Positions 1 through 9,121 of a DNA stretch of 64,000 nucleotides are shown one piece after another. Each line of letters begins with the position of its first letter. Position 1 is the stretch's first letter. Position numbers and translations under genes: made by a program. Source of the DNA: Minisyncoccota bacterium (GTDB lineage: Bacteria > Patescibacteriota > Minisyncoccia > JAHIHE01 > JAGLIN01). The DNA lies in contig JBAZUT010000001.1 of the NCBI GenBank assembly GCA_041661265.1, positions 129,854 through 193,853 on the forward strand, given 5' to 3'. The notes beneath the pieces were generated by a model. The model saw nothing but the letters and a program-made list of their open reading frames with translations, was not told the DNA's origin and searched no databases.

Positions 1-128
1 ATCTCCTTGATCACAAAACCATCTTCCCGGACGCGAATCAAAGAATCAAGAAGTTCTTTTATATTGGCTTCTTCGTTATAGGCAGGCACACCTATTGTTA
101 CGGTAATGTCTTTATTATTTTCAGGCAT
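1..128 (-). CDS. Glycosyltransferase family 2, 5' part (runs off window)
   Basis: Manual translation from ATG at 128: MPENNKDITVTIGVPAYNEEANIKELLDSL..., the classic GT2 N-terminal PAYNEE motif; not in the ORF track. Confidence 0.85.
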   Translation of the reverse strand, partial: MPENNKDITVTIGVPAYNEEANIKELLDSLIRVREDGFVIKE

Positions 129-160
129 ATAGTTTTTTATCTAAATATATTATCTGCATA

Positions 161-3100
161 TCACAATACGCGATTTTTGTAAAAGGCGAGTTCATCTTTT
201 ATACGCCGGATCTGCAAACTTGATATGATCGCAAAAAATAGCTTGCTGCTCTTCGCCCAGTCAAAATTTTCCGCCCATAACCGGCCCCGGATGCCCATTC
301 TCCTGCGAAGTTTATTGTCCTGTATTATCTTATGGATACAGTCCGCAAAAGATCCTATATCTCCATAGCACGCCAAATATCCCGTTTCGAAATTCTTTAC
401 CGAATCTCTCAGTCCCGGCACGTCGGACGCAACGACCGGAGTTCCGCAGGCTCCGGCTTCGATCGCCACGATCCCCCATCCTTCCATAAACGAAGGATTA
501 ACCAGCACCCATGCCTTCTGCAGCAGTGATATCTTTTCTCTCTCGGAAACTTTCCCCGCGAATCGAACCGTCTTTCCATCCAAACGCAATTTTTTTACCA
601 GTCTTTTTAATTTTCCCTCTTCTTCTCCGCTCCCGGCTATGACCAGCGAAACGTTCGAATCTTTCCTGGATATCACTTCAAATGCCCTGATGAGAATATC
701 GACTGATTTATATGCTTTCAGCCTTCCGAGATACAGAATGACCGGCCTCTCGCTTTTCTTGCCCGGCATAAGGCATTTGAGTTCGATCCCCGGATTTACA
801 ATGTTAATACCGGCTTTTCCAAGTCCCAGCGACTCGATCTCTTTTTTGCTTGATTCGGATATCGTTATGAAAGGAACTTTTTTATAAACGGCCGGCATCA
901 GAACCTTTTCCAAAAAACATGCTAGAGCCGAAAGATGTTTGCTTAAAGACAACCTGAACACTTCCTGGTGAACATGATGCATAAGACAAAACACCGGTTC
1001 TCTGGCATAAAGAGGAGCGAAAAACGGAATCCCGTTCTCGCAATCGATGATCACATCGAATTTTCCCCTGAAACGCAAAATATAATAGACAAAAGCCCAG
1101 AAATAAACAAAGTAGAATCCGCCTCGCCTGATTATCTCAACTCCGCCCACCTTTTCACTTCTCGGCGAGTGGCTGTCGTTCCCGCAAAATATAGTGACCC
1201 TATGGCCATCTTCAACCCAATTTTCAGCGATCTTCTGTATATAGACCTCGGCTCCGCCGGCATACTCATGGCGCGTATCCCTCCAATTATAGATCAGGAT
1301 CTTTTTTTGGTCTCCGCCGGTAGGACCGACGCTCGGATAGCCGCTCTTGAAAACATCGGCCAGATCGTTCAGGTTGTTCCTTATGAACTTAGCCCTGCCC
1401 TCAAGAACGCTCATCGCCTCCATCAGGACCCACCCGAAACAGCTTGACCAGAAGATCACCGCAACAACATCCCGGATAGAATTGTGGTAAAGCGACAGAC
1501 CCAGAACCATTCCCAGCGGGATCATAATCGACATGAAGGAATAAATGTATCTCTTTCTGGCCAGATGATAGGTCACTATAACATTCGTAATTACGAGAAG
1601 CAGAACCGAAATGGCGTAGATATTGAGATATGGCAATATTCCCGAAACTTTCGGTCCGAAGATCCCCGGTACAGTAACCCTTCCCATGACTCCCAGAAAA
1701 AATACCCCCAAGATCGATAATAAGAACGAAGAGATATATACCAGCGAGAAGATCTTTTTGGAATCTTTTTTCTGCCCCATATTCCTGCTGACAAGCGGGA
1801 TCAGGAATACAATGGGAAGCGTTCCCATGAAATAGATCATCTTTCCGACAAAAGACAGCATGACATATTCCCCGGCCATCCGCTCGGGCAGATAATGCTT
1901 AACAAGTATTATATCCATGCTGAAGAACAGCATCATGGAAATTCCGGCAGCAAGAGATGAGAGATAGAACTTTTTCGGAAAATTTAATTTTATCTTTTCC
2001 GGGACAAAATTATTCTTTCTTTTGATGAAATACGAAGACACAATCGCGGCCGCCATGATCGAGAAAGGGATCGCGGCATAGACCCAGCCCGATGCCCCGG
2101 AATAAACAAGGATCATAGCGAAAAGAAGTTTGGAGATCGGTTCAACGGCCATAACAACTGCGGCCGAAGAAAAATAAAGATTTCCCTGCAAGAATCCGCT
2201 GTTGGAAGCCGAAATTATCCCGAATATAAAAACGGGCGCAAAGAGCAATAGAACATAATGGTCTTTGATATTGAAAAATTCTGACAGGAATTGTCCCGCG
2301 ATCACCCACGCAAACGCGGCGATCAGAGACAGAAGCACCCCCCTACTTTTCACGAATTCCAGGAACATGACGCTCGATTCTTTTTTTCCCGAACTGGAAA
2401 GATATCCAGTTTCGGAGTTAACTGTTGACGACAAGGCACTGGTGAATATGGAAACCAGATACCAGAGCGAACTTACCAGAGTCACCAGTGCAAGATTTTC
2501 AAACGATAGCGCCCTCCCCAGAAATATATTAAAGATGAAATTGATCACATTGGAAAACATTATTGCCGCAATAAATATATTTTTGGGCTCAAACAGCATC
2601 TTCCAATATCCGCCAAGCGGCACTTTTCTCCAACTGAATCCCCGCTTTCTTTTTCTTCCGGCAGAAAGATCCGCCGCCGCCGGCTTTTCCGGCAAAAGCG
2701 ATCCATGATCCATCCCGGCATATTCCGGATGCGGAACTTTTTCCCAATTGAATGCAGGCGCTGTTTTCCTTGCGACAGGCAAAATCTCCCGAGGGGCTTC
2801 CGCCGTCTTTTTCAAAAGATGCAGTCCATGATTCGTTTTCTCCCAAAAGTGCGGCTTCATGATCAGCTGGTAGACCGCAATCACGGACGCGACGCTCATC
2901 AGAGCCCAATAGAACGGAACTAAAAAGACATATTTGATGAGCAACCACTGTCCGCGCTTGGCGCACCCGATCATGTAATAATACATGGCAAGGAAATTTC
3001 CGAAAACAAGGGAGGTTGCCGCCATAAAGAATATCACTGACGGATACAGTTTCTCGATCATCGGTCCGACCAGACCGTATAAAGCGAAATAGGAAAAGGT

Positions 3101-5032
3101 CGCCATCCACAAAATAGGATTAATAAAAATGAAAACAGTTTTTCCTCCGACAACAAGCTGGAAGATGAGAGCATGAACTCCGTTCTCGCGGAAAAAATCC
3201 ATAGGATGGCGCATATGCACCAGATAGGTCTGAATATAGCCTTTGATCCACCGCGACCGCTGTCTAAGCCAGTTCTTCAGATCGCTGTTCGCCTCTTCGA
3301 GAGTCACCGAATCTATAATGGTTGTTGTAAAACCATTTTTGAATATCCTCATTCCCAGATCGCAATCTTCCGTCACATTAAAAGGATCCCAGCCTTCAAG
3401 TTCAAGAAGGTCTTTCGTCCGGAAATGGTTGCTGGTTCCGCCAAGCGGGATGGAAGTGTTGATCGACTGCAGCCCCGGCAGGATCATATCGAACCAAAGA
3501 GAATATTCCACTGTGAAAAGCTTGGTCAGCAAATTCTGATTAGGATTGAAGTAATTGAGCTTGGCCTGCAGGCATCCGACCGACCGCGGAACTTTCTTGA
3601 AACCCAGATATGCTTTTTTGAGCTGCAAGGGATCGGGAATGTCTTCCGCATCGTATATTACCGTATATTCTCCTCTGGCAAAAGCCAGACCATAGTTGCA
3701 GGCTTTCGGCTTGGTCTTGGGAAGGGACTCGGGAACCACGATGATCCGCACCTGCGGCGGAAGGCCCATGTGTTCGGCCGTTTCGATGGTCGCCTTGTCG
3801 CTCTCCTCCAAGAGAAGCAAGATATCGAGCTTATCTTTCGGCCAATCGAGCTTTCCGATCGCATCCAGAAATCCCGGCAGCATATGCGCCTCCTTATAAA
3901 GCGGACAAAAAATTGTATAAACCGGAAGGGATTCTTTTTCCAACTCGTCCATCTCCCATTTTTCACTCTTTATTTCCGGAGGATCCTTCAGGCTTCTCAT
4001 GACAAGATAAAGATTGAATACTGTGTCAAGAAAGTAAATTGCGCTCAGCAGAGCAACGACCACCGAAAGGATCCCGATCGGATCGATATACAAGCCGGTC
4101 AAAAAGACAGCTATCGCCAATAAAGCGACGTTCCTCTGCCATGGAACAAAAGTTATAGCGGCTGAATATTTCTGATCCAGAGTTGTGTGAGTGATGAAGC
4201 GTTTTTTGCTGAAAGCCACCCCGGCGCCCATCATGGCAGATCCTTTTTTCGGAAAGATCGCGATCTGAGGTATTTTTTTGAATTTCAACTTTATGGCATT
4301 GGATCCGATCTCATATATGGCTTTTTGGAATTCTATCTTTGACTTTCCCTGCTTCCGGCTCGCAAAATCAATATCAACGCTTCCGATCATATATCCGTAA
4401 AATCTTGCCTTAAGTAAAAATTCAAGATCAAAGGTCCAGGGGGAAGGATCTATCTTGATCTCTTTGACAACCTCCTTTTTGAAAACTTTCATTCCGGCCT
4501 GCACGTCAAAATCAAATCCGTGCAACATTTTGGAGAAAAATAAATTGAAACCCCCGCTTATTATCCGCCGAACGGGGCTTATCGACCTCATGGTGCGATT
4601 TACCACGACGACATCACAGCCCGCTCTTATTTTTTCAACCATGTCGGGCAAAGCCTCGGGGGGATATTGGAGATCGGCGTCGAGGATCGCGATCAGGTCA
4701 AAATTAGCATAGGAAAAACCCTCGAGCAAAGAATGGGCCTTGCCCCTTTTGCCAAGCTTCGAATACAGGATGATCGGATAGCTGGCCGACAGCTGCCTGA
4801 TCATTTCACATGTGCCATCCGAAGAATGGTCATCGATGAATATGATCTCATAGACGATACCCGCCTTTTTCAAGGCACTATGAATGCGGCAGGCCAGTTC
4901 ATGAACATTGCCTTCTTCATTCAGAGTCGGAATTATTATTGATATGGAGTTGGAATTCATCGCTTCGGTATTATTGATAACTTTTTGCTTTCTGCAATAC
5001 ATCAAACACGACCATCTTGCATATTCCGTCAT
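161..5032 (-). CDS. Multidomain glycosyltransferase: GT2 (DPM-synthase-like) + membrane GT2 (D,D,D,QxxRW) + Wzx/MATE-like flippase + GT4; likely start at 4960 (MNSNS)
   Basis: IIPTLNEE/DDHSSDGT/LDADLQ; PLYKE, TKPKACNYGL, YDAED, TEDCDLG, QRSRW; ~400-aa multi-TM block; AGGAE...EGWGIVAIEAGACGTPVV GT4 signature. Confidence 0.9.
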   Translation of the reverse strand: MTEYARWSCLMYCRKQKVINNTEAMNSNSISIIIPTLNEEGNVHELACRIHSALKKAGIVYEIIFIDDHSSDGTCEMIRQLSASYPIILYSKLGKRGKAHSLLEGFSYANFDLIAILDADLQYPPEALPDMVEKIRAGCDVVVVNRTMRSISPVRRIISGGFNLFFSKMLHGFDFDVQAGMKVFKKEVVKEIKIDPSPWTFDLEFLLKARFYGYMIGSVDIDFASRKQGKSKIEFQKAIYEIGSNAIKLKFKKIPQIAIFPKKGSAMMGAGVAFSKKRFITHTTLDQKYSAAITFVPWQRNVALLAIAVFLTGLYIDPIGILSVVVALLSAIYFLDTVFNLYLVMRSLKDPPEIKSEKWEMDELEKESLPVYTIFCPLYKEAHMLPGFLDAIGKLDWPKDKLDILLLLEESDKATIETAEHMGLPPQVRIIVVPESLPKTKPKACNYGLAFARGEYTVIYDAEDIPDPLQLKKAYLGFKKVPRSVGCLQAKLNYFNPNQNLLTKLFTVEYSLWFDMILPGLQSINTSIPLGGTSNHFRTKDLLELEGWDPFNVTEDCDLGMRIFKNGFTTTIIDSVTLEEANSDLKNWLRQRSRWIKGYIQTYLVHMRHPMDFFRENGVHALIFQLVVGGKTVFIFINPILWMATFSYFALYGLVGPMIEKLYPSVIFFMAATSLVFGNFLAMYYYMIGCAKRGQWLLIKYVFLVPFYWALMSVASVIAVYQLIMKPHFWEKTNHGLHLLKKTAEAPREILPVARKTAPAFNWEKVPHPEYAGMDHGSLLPEKPAAADLSAGRKRKRGFSWRKVPLGGYWKMLFEPKNIFIAAIMFSNVINFIFNIFLGRALSFENLALVTLVSSLWYLVSIFTSALSSTVNSETGYLSSSGKKESSVMFLEFVKSRGVLLSLIAAFAWVIAGQFLSEFFNIKDHYVLLLFAPVFIFGIISASNSGFLQGNLYFSSAAVVMAVEPISKLLFAMILVYSGASGWVYAAIPFSIMAAAIVSSYFIKRKNNFVPEKIKLNFPKKFYLSSLAAGISMMLFFSMDIILVKHYLPERMAGEYVMLSFVGKMIYFMGTLPIVFLIPLVSRNMGQKKDSKKIFSLVYISSFLLSILGVFFLGVMGRVTVPGIFGPKVSGILPYLNIYAISVLLLVITNVIVTYHLARKRYIYSFMSIMIPLGMVLGLSLYHNSIRDVVAVIFWSSCFGWVLMEAMSVLEGRAKFIRNNLNDLADVFKSGYPSVGPTGGDQKKILIYNWRDTRHEYAGGAEVYIQKIAENWVEDGHRVTIFCGNDSHSPRSEKVGGVEIIRRGGFYFVYFWAFVYYILRFRGKFDVIIDCENGIPFFAPLYAREPVFCLMHHVHQEVFRLSLSKHLSALACFLEKVLMPAVYKKVPFITISESSKKEIESLGLGKAGINIVNPGIELKCLMPGKKSERPVILYLGRLKAYKSVDILIRAFEVISRKDSNVSLVIAGSGEEEGKLKRLVKKLRLDGKTVRFAGKVSEREKISLLQKAWVLVNPSFMEGWGIVAIEAGACGTPVVASDVPGLRDSVKNFETGYLACYGDIGSFADCIHKIIQDNKLRRRMGIRGRLWAENFDWAKSSKLFFAIISSLQIRRIKDELAFYKNRVL

Positions 5033-5051
5033 GAGATAAACGTCCTATATC

Positions 5052-5105
5052 AAAAAAGGCTCGTAGCTACTAACCACCATTTAAGTGGCTAGAAATTACA
5101 AGCCC
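5052..5105 (-). terminator. Intrinsic terminator/attenuator within the GT leader
   Basis: Minus strand GGCTTGTA..CTAGCCAC-loop-GTGGTTAG..TACGAGCC followed by TTTTTT. Confidence 0.7.
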
Positions 5106-5185
5106 TCAGTTGGCTGTCATCCCGAATTTTCGGGATTCAGTTGGCTGCTAGGCAGTTTCGATATAACCGGAAATCGCCCGAAGTA
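5052..5185 (-). ncRNA. Candidate structured cis-regulatory leader RNA upstream of the GT fusion
   Basis: Lies between the promoter at 5192-5221 and the CDS; hairpin 5151-5178, CAGCCAACTGA twice (5137-5147, 5106-5116) flanking the perfect hairpin ATCCCGAA-AA-TTCGGGAT, then a terminator. Confidence 0.55.
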
Positions 5186-5191
5186 GTTTTA

Positions 5192-5221
5192 AATATAACA
5201 GATTCAGTATATACGTGTCAA
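5192..5221 (-). promoter_or_regulatory. Sigma70 promoter of the GT fusion operon
   Basis: TTGACA-N18-TATATT with TGn extended -10. Confidence 0.65.
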
Positions 5222-5328
5222 TTCCAAACTGTTGACAAAAAACAGGGTAAAAATGACCGATGAACGATCACTTCCCCCTGCCTGATTCCAATAAATATGC
5301 CTGCCTCGCAAAGATTGGGATCCTTTAA

Positions 5329-6318
5329 TCAGACCCTGTCATATTGATCCAATATCCTGATGGTGTCATCAAGATGAGGAGTCGAATACTCATGCAGTAT
5401 CGTATTTTCAAGCGCAAATATGGCATGAGGCGTATTCGGTTTTATCCTGATCTTTTCATTCACCTTTAAATTGACTTCACTATCGTCGAATCTTACGACC
5501 GCTTCACCCTGCACTATATGCATCGTTTCGTCTTTCTTGAGATGCTTGTGATGCGATGTTCCTTCGCTTTTCATAAGATAGAGTTCCTTTGTCAGATAGT
5601 TTTCCGTATAGACCAATATCTTTTCATATCCCCAAGGCTTATCTTCTTTGTTCTCATATTCCTTTTTGACGATCTCAAGATCCTTGATAGAATCGACGGA
5701 TTGCCAAAAAACATCTTCTTTATAGAAATTCAAGAGTCCCGAAGAAGATATTTTGGGGAATGCGAGCTTCTCTATATCCCCTTCTTCATGTTGGAACAGA
5801 ATAGGCTTCAGCTCTTTGGATATTATATATATTCCCGCATTGATAAAATTGCTGAGCTTCGGTTTTTCTCTGAATCCTATGATCTTGCTCTCGGAAAGCT
5901 CCACTATCCCATAAGGGGAGATCAGCGGCGTTATGTACATCAGCATCTTATTCTTGTGATTATTCATCATCTCTTTAATATTCACATCGCAGACGATATC
6001 GCCGTTCCTTATGACATAATCATCGGAATCGAAATTTTTGAAGAGATTGTTGATGGCATAAAGGGTCCCGCGAGGCCTGTCTTCCACGAGATAGTCCACC
6101 TTCACTCCGTTCCAACAGCTCTGGAATCTTTCCTTTATTTTTTCATGCAGGTGACCGCAAAGAAGCACAGCCCTGTCGATGCCGGCATGCTTGAATTGCA
6201 GAAGCTGCCTGTCCAGGATCGTATAATTGTCTTTTATTTCGAGAAGCGGCTTGGGAATATGGTCCGTAAGCGGCTTCAGCCTTTTCCCGAAACCTCCGCA
6301 TAATATCGCCCCTATCAT
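5329..6318 (-). CDS. Sugar-phosphate nucleotidyltransferase with C-terminal cupin (ManC/GDP-mannose pyrophosphorylase-like architecture)
   Basis: GGFGKRLKPLTDHIPKPL, NGD, EKP, INAGIY; cupin KPWG...HHKHLKKDE...PH. Confidence 0.85.
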   Translation of the reverse strand: MIGAILCGGFGKRLKPLTDHIPKPLLEIKDNYTILDRQLLQFKHAGIDRAVLLCGHLHEKIKERFQSCWNGVKVDYLVEDRPRGTLYAINNLFKNFDSDDYVIRNGDIVCDVNIKEMMNNHKNKMLMYITPLISPYGIVELSESKIIGFREKPKLSNFINAGIYIISKELKPILFQHEEGDIEKLAFPKISSSGLLNFYKEDVFWQSVDSIKDLEIVKKEYENKEDKPWGYEKILVYTENYLTKELYLMKSEGTSHHKHLKKDETMHIVQGEAVVRFDDSEVNLKVNEKIRIKPNTPHAIFALENTILHEYSTPHLDDTIRILDQYDRV

Positions 6319-6779
6319 ACTGTTTGTTCATTAACCTGTGGATTAGTAAAGACTTGATTCTTGTAGTTATAGTAATTTATGAATGCTGCCAGGACCGTTG
6401 CCGTCAGTTTTGAAACATTAAGCCAAACGATGCTTGAGAATTGGTCCTGATGGACAAACTCCGTAAAAAAATACACAAACGCCAGATTCGCGGCCACTCC
6501 CACAATACTGAGCTTCAGATATTTTCTGTATTTCGCGTCCTTGCTGTTCCACTTGAAAGTCCAGTTCTTGTTCATGTGATAGCTGTTGACATTCGCCACA
6601 AGGAACGATATGACGCTGAATACCGCCGCATATGCACCCTTGTTTATCCCGGTCGAAACGCTCAAAAGGTTCAATATCGCGAAATCTATGCAAGTGCTGG
6701 TCAGCCCGACCACAGAAAATTTGAATAGTCTTTTAAAATTTATGTGTTTTAGCTTCAGCAGATGTTTATTTATCTTCAT
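6315..6779 (-). CDS. GtrA family membrane protein
   Basis: Four TM segments, KFSVVG...NSYHMNKNWTF...NYYNYKNQVF pattern. Confidence 0.85.
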   Translation of the reverse strand: MKINKHLLKLKHINFKRLFKFSVVGLTSTCIDFAILNLLSVSTGINKGAYAAVFSVISFLVANVNSYHMNKNWTFKWNSKDAKYRKYLKLSIVGVAANLAFVYFFTEFVHQDQFSSIVWLNVSKLTATVLAAFINYYNYKNQVFTNPQVNEQTV

Positions 6780-7590
6780 TTTGTTTTTTTTCTGATCCTA
6801 TTAAATGTTCCCACTTTTTATTTAAATAGTATCCATAGATTTTGCCTTGTCTTGAAAGCGCAGGAAAAAGATCTCGCTCCAGGCTTCTGTATCCTTCTTT
6901 CGAAACGATCGAACACACTTTCGGTTCCATCAGATAGATCCCTGCATTTATGAGATAGGATTCCACTTTACCGGAATCCGGCTTTTCGATGAAATCAACA
7001 ATCCGGTTTCCGTTCAGCTTGATCGAACCGAAAGAACGCGGGTCTTTTTTGCTCGTCATACAGATAGTGCAGTCTCCTCCGTTCTTTCTGTGAAATTCAA
7101 AGATCTCATCGATCCTGGCCTCACAGAGAACGTCTCCGTTCACCAGAATAAATGTCTCGCCCATAGCGCCTCTCAGATATTTCAATGACCCTGCCGTACC
7201 CGAATCCGATGATTCGTAGGATATCTTGAGGCCGGGATCTTCCCGGCTTTCTATGTGTTTCTTTATCGCCTCGGAAAATTTTCCCGCAAATATTATCACC
7301 TCTTCAATTCCTTCTCTCTTCAGCCACTTGAGCATGCGGTCTATTATCGGCTGCCCCTCATATTCGGCCATGGCCTTGGATGTGATCGTTGTTTTTCCAT
7401 TTAAGCATATTCCTTTTCCCCCCGCAAGTATCACCGCGATCCTTATCTTTTTTTGCCTCAGATTCTTCAAAAGATAGTATTCAATAGCATGCGATCTGTT
7501 CTTTATCTTTACGCCGTCTATCAGCCTGTCCAGATTTGCGAGCAGCTTCTCGTCCAGCGTTATTGTTATTCTTGACTTATTTCGTGCCAT
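6766..7590 (-). CDS. Ribbon-helix-helix (CopG/NikR-like) domain fused to a nucleotidyltransferase domain
   Basis: N-term RITITLDEKLLANLD...NRSHAIE; then ILAGGKG, NGD, FIEKP, INAGIY. Confidence 0.85.
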   Translation of the reverse strand: MARNKSRITITLDEKLLANLDRLIDGVKIKNRSHAIEYYLLKNLRQKKIRIAVILAGGKGICLNGKTTITSKAMAEYEGQPIIDRMLKWLKREGIEEVIIFAGKFSEAIKKHIESREDPGLKISYESSDSGTAGSLKYLRGAMGETFILVNGDVLCEARIDEIFEFHRKNGGDCTICMTSKKDPRSFGSIKLNGNRIVDFIEKPDSGKVESYLINAGIYLMEPKVCSIVSKEGYRSLERDLFPALSRQGKIYGYYLNKKWEHLIGSEKKQNEDK

Positions 7591-7608
7591 AGATTAAATT
7601 TATCTTAA

Positions 7609-7655
7609 TGTCATACTTTGTCATACTATTGTAACATAGTTCAATAAGTATGCAA
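7609..7655 (-). promoter_or_regulatory. Promoter with tandem operator-like repeats for the RHH fusion
   Basis: TTGCAT-N16-TACAAT with TGn; TGTCATACT direct repeats at 7609 and 7619, and an inverted AGTATG copy at ~7647. Confidence 0.55.
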
Positions 7656-7664
7656 ACACGAAAC

Positions 7665-7673
7665 TTATCCACA
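7665..7673 (+). promoter_or_regulatory. Perfect DnaA box
   Basis: TTATCCACA in an intergenic region. Confidence 0.4.
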
Positions 7674-7707
7674 CAGAACGAGATTGATTATTTATTATTT
7701 ACGATCT

Positions 7708-7733
7708 AAAAAAACAGGAAATACCTGTTTTTT
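7708..7733. terminator. Bidirectional-type terminator after the PMM gene
   Basis: AAAAAAACAGG-aaata-CCTGTTTTTT. Confidence 0.6.
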
Positions 7734-7756
7734 ATTGATATTATATATAACGATCT

Positions 7757-9121
7757 CTAACCCTCGATTATCCTTGAAACTTTCTCGATCCCCTCTTTCC
7801 TGAGCTTCTCGCTTTTTGCTTCAAGATTCAGCCTGATGACAGGTTCGGTGTTCGACCCTCTGACATTGAACCACCAATCCGGATATGTGACCGTTATTCC
7901 GTCAAGCTTTCCGATCTCGGCATCAGAGAACTTGCTCTCGATCTCCTTCAGCTTGTCGGGAACGCTTTTCACCTTGAAATTGACCTCTCCGGAATGGAAA
8001 TATATCTTGTAGGGTTTCATGATCTCGGAAAAAGGCGCGTCTTTTCCGGAAAGATATCTCAAAAATTTGGCAACCAGGATCACCGGCATTTCAAACGTGC
8101 CATAGGGCCTCCTGTAGGCATAGTGCCCGGAAGATTCCCCGCCGAATACCGCATTGTTCCTTATCATCATCGCCTTTATGAGCGAGTGTCCCACCGGAGT
8201 GACCACGGACTTTCCGCCCATTTCATCGATCATGTCTTTCGTGATCCTTCCCGGCCTTATATCATAGCAAACCAGGGCTTCCGGATCTTCTTTCAGCTCT
8301 TCCTGCGCCATGATCCCCCTCAAGATCTCCTGTCTCAGCGATTCCCCTTTTTCATCTACAAGGAAATATCTGTCTCCGTCACCGTCGGATGCAATGCCGA
8401 AATCAGCTTTGGTCTCAACCACTTTTTTCTTCAAGAGGACAAGGTTCTCTTCCTTCAGCGGATCGGCTTCATGCGAAGGAAAAGAACCATCAAGCTCGAA
8501 ATTTAGCTTGACGATATCCGCCGGAACTTTTTCAAAAAATGCTTCCATGTCCGGGGCTCCCATGGAATTTGCTGCGTCAATGACGATCTTATATTTTTTC
8601 AGCTTGGAGATATTCACAAGAGAGGTTTGATCTTTGACCAGATCTTCCATGATCCCGGTTTTTTTTGAAACGCTTCCTTTCTTATCGGACGAAACATACC
8701 TGTTTTTTTCAATGATATCCAGCATTTCCATGATCCCGGAATCTTTGCTTACAGGAAGCGCCTTTGCTTTCACCAACTTGAAGCCGTTATATTCCTTGGG
8801 ATTATGAGACGCCGATACCTGGATCCCTCCGTCATATCCGTAATATGCCACCGCAAAATAGAATGTCGGAGTGCTGACCAGCCCGACATCAATGACATTA
8901 AGCCCGCTATCAACAAGCCCGCTTATCAGCTTTTCCTTGAGCGCCGGACTCGACAATCTCATATCGCAACCAACCACTATGTTCTTTGTTTTCGGATTTT
9001 CTCCGAGAATGAAAGTCGCATACCCCTTTCCAATCCTATAGGCCACATCCTCATCAAGCTGCGACGGATAGATCCCTCTTATGTCATACGCCTTAAATAT
9101 TGATCGGTCCACTTGATTCAT
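7757..9121 (-). CDS. manB: Phosphomannomutase/phosphoglucomutase
   Basis: FKAYDIRG, SASHNPKEYNG phosphoserine loop, DGDGDR, GGESSGH, RGSNTEP. Confidence 0.92.
   Translation of the reverse strand: MNQVDRSIFKAYDIRGIYPSQLDEDVAYRIGKGYATFILGENPKTKNIVVGCDMRLSSPALKEKLISGLVDSGLNVIDVGLVSTPTFYFAVAYYGYDGGIQVSASHNPKEYNGFKLVKAKALPVSKDSGIMEMLDIIEKNRYVSSDKKGSVSKKTGIMEDLVKDQTSLVNISKLKKYKIVIDAANSMGAPDMEAFFEKVPADIVKLNFELDGSFPSHEADPLKEENLVLLKKKVVETKADFGIASDGDGDRYFLVDEKGESLRQEILRGIMAQEELKEDPEALVCYDIRPGRITKDMIDEMGGKSVVTPVGHSLIKAMMIRNNAVFGGESSGHYAYRRPYGTFEMPVILVAKFLRYLSGKDAPFSEIMKPYKIYFHSGEVNFKVKSVPDKLKEIESKFSDAEIGKLDGITVTYPDWWFNVRGSNTEPVIRLNLEAKSEKLRKEGIEKVSRIIEG

Noticed and set aside
332-9103. Many plus-strand ORFs overlapping the glycan locus (e.g. 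3173-4123, 5518-6303)
   Set aside because: Antisense shadows of well-supported minus-strand genes, with no recognisable motifs
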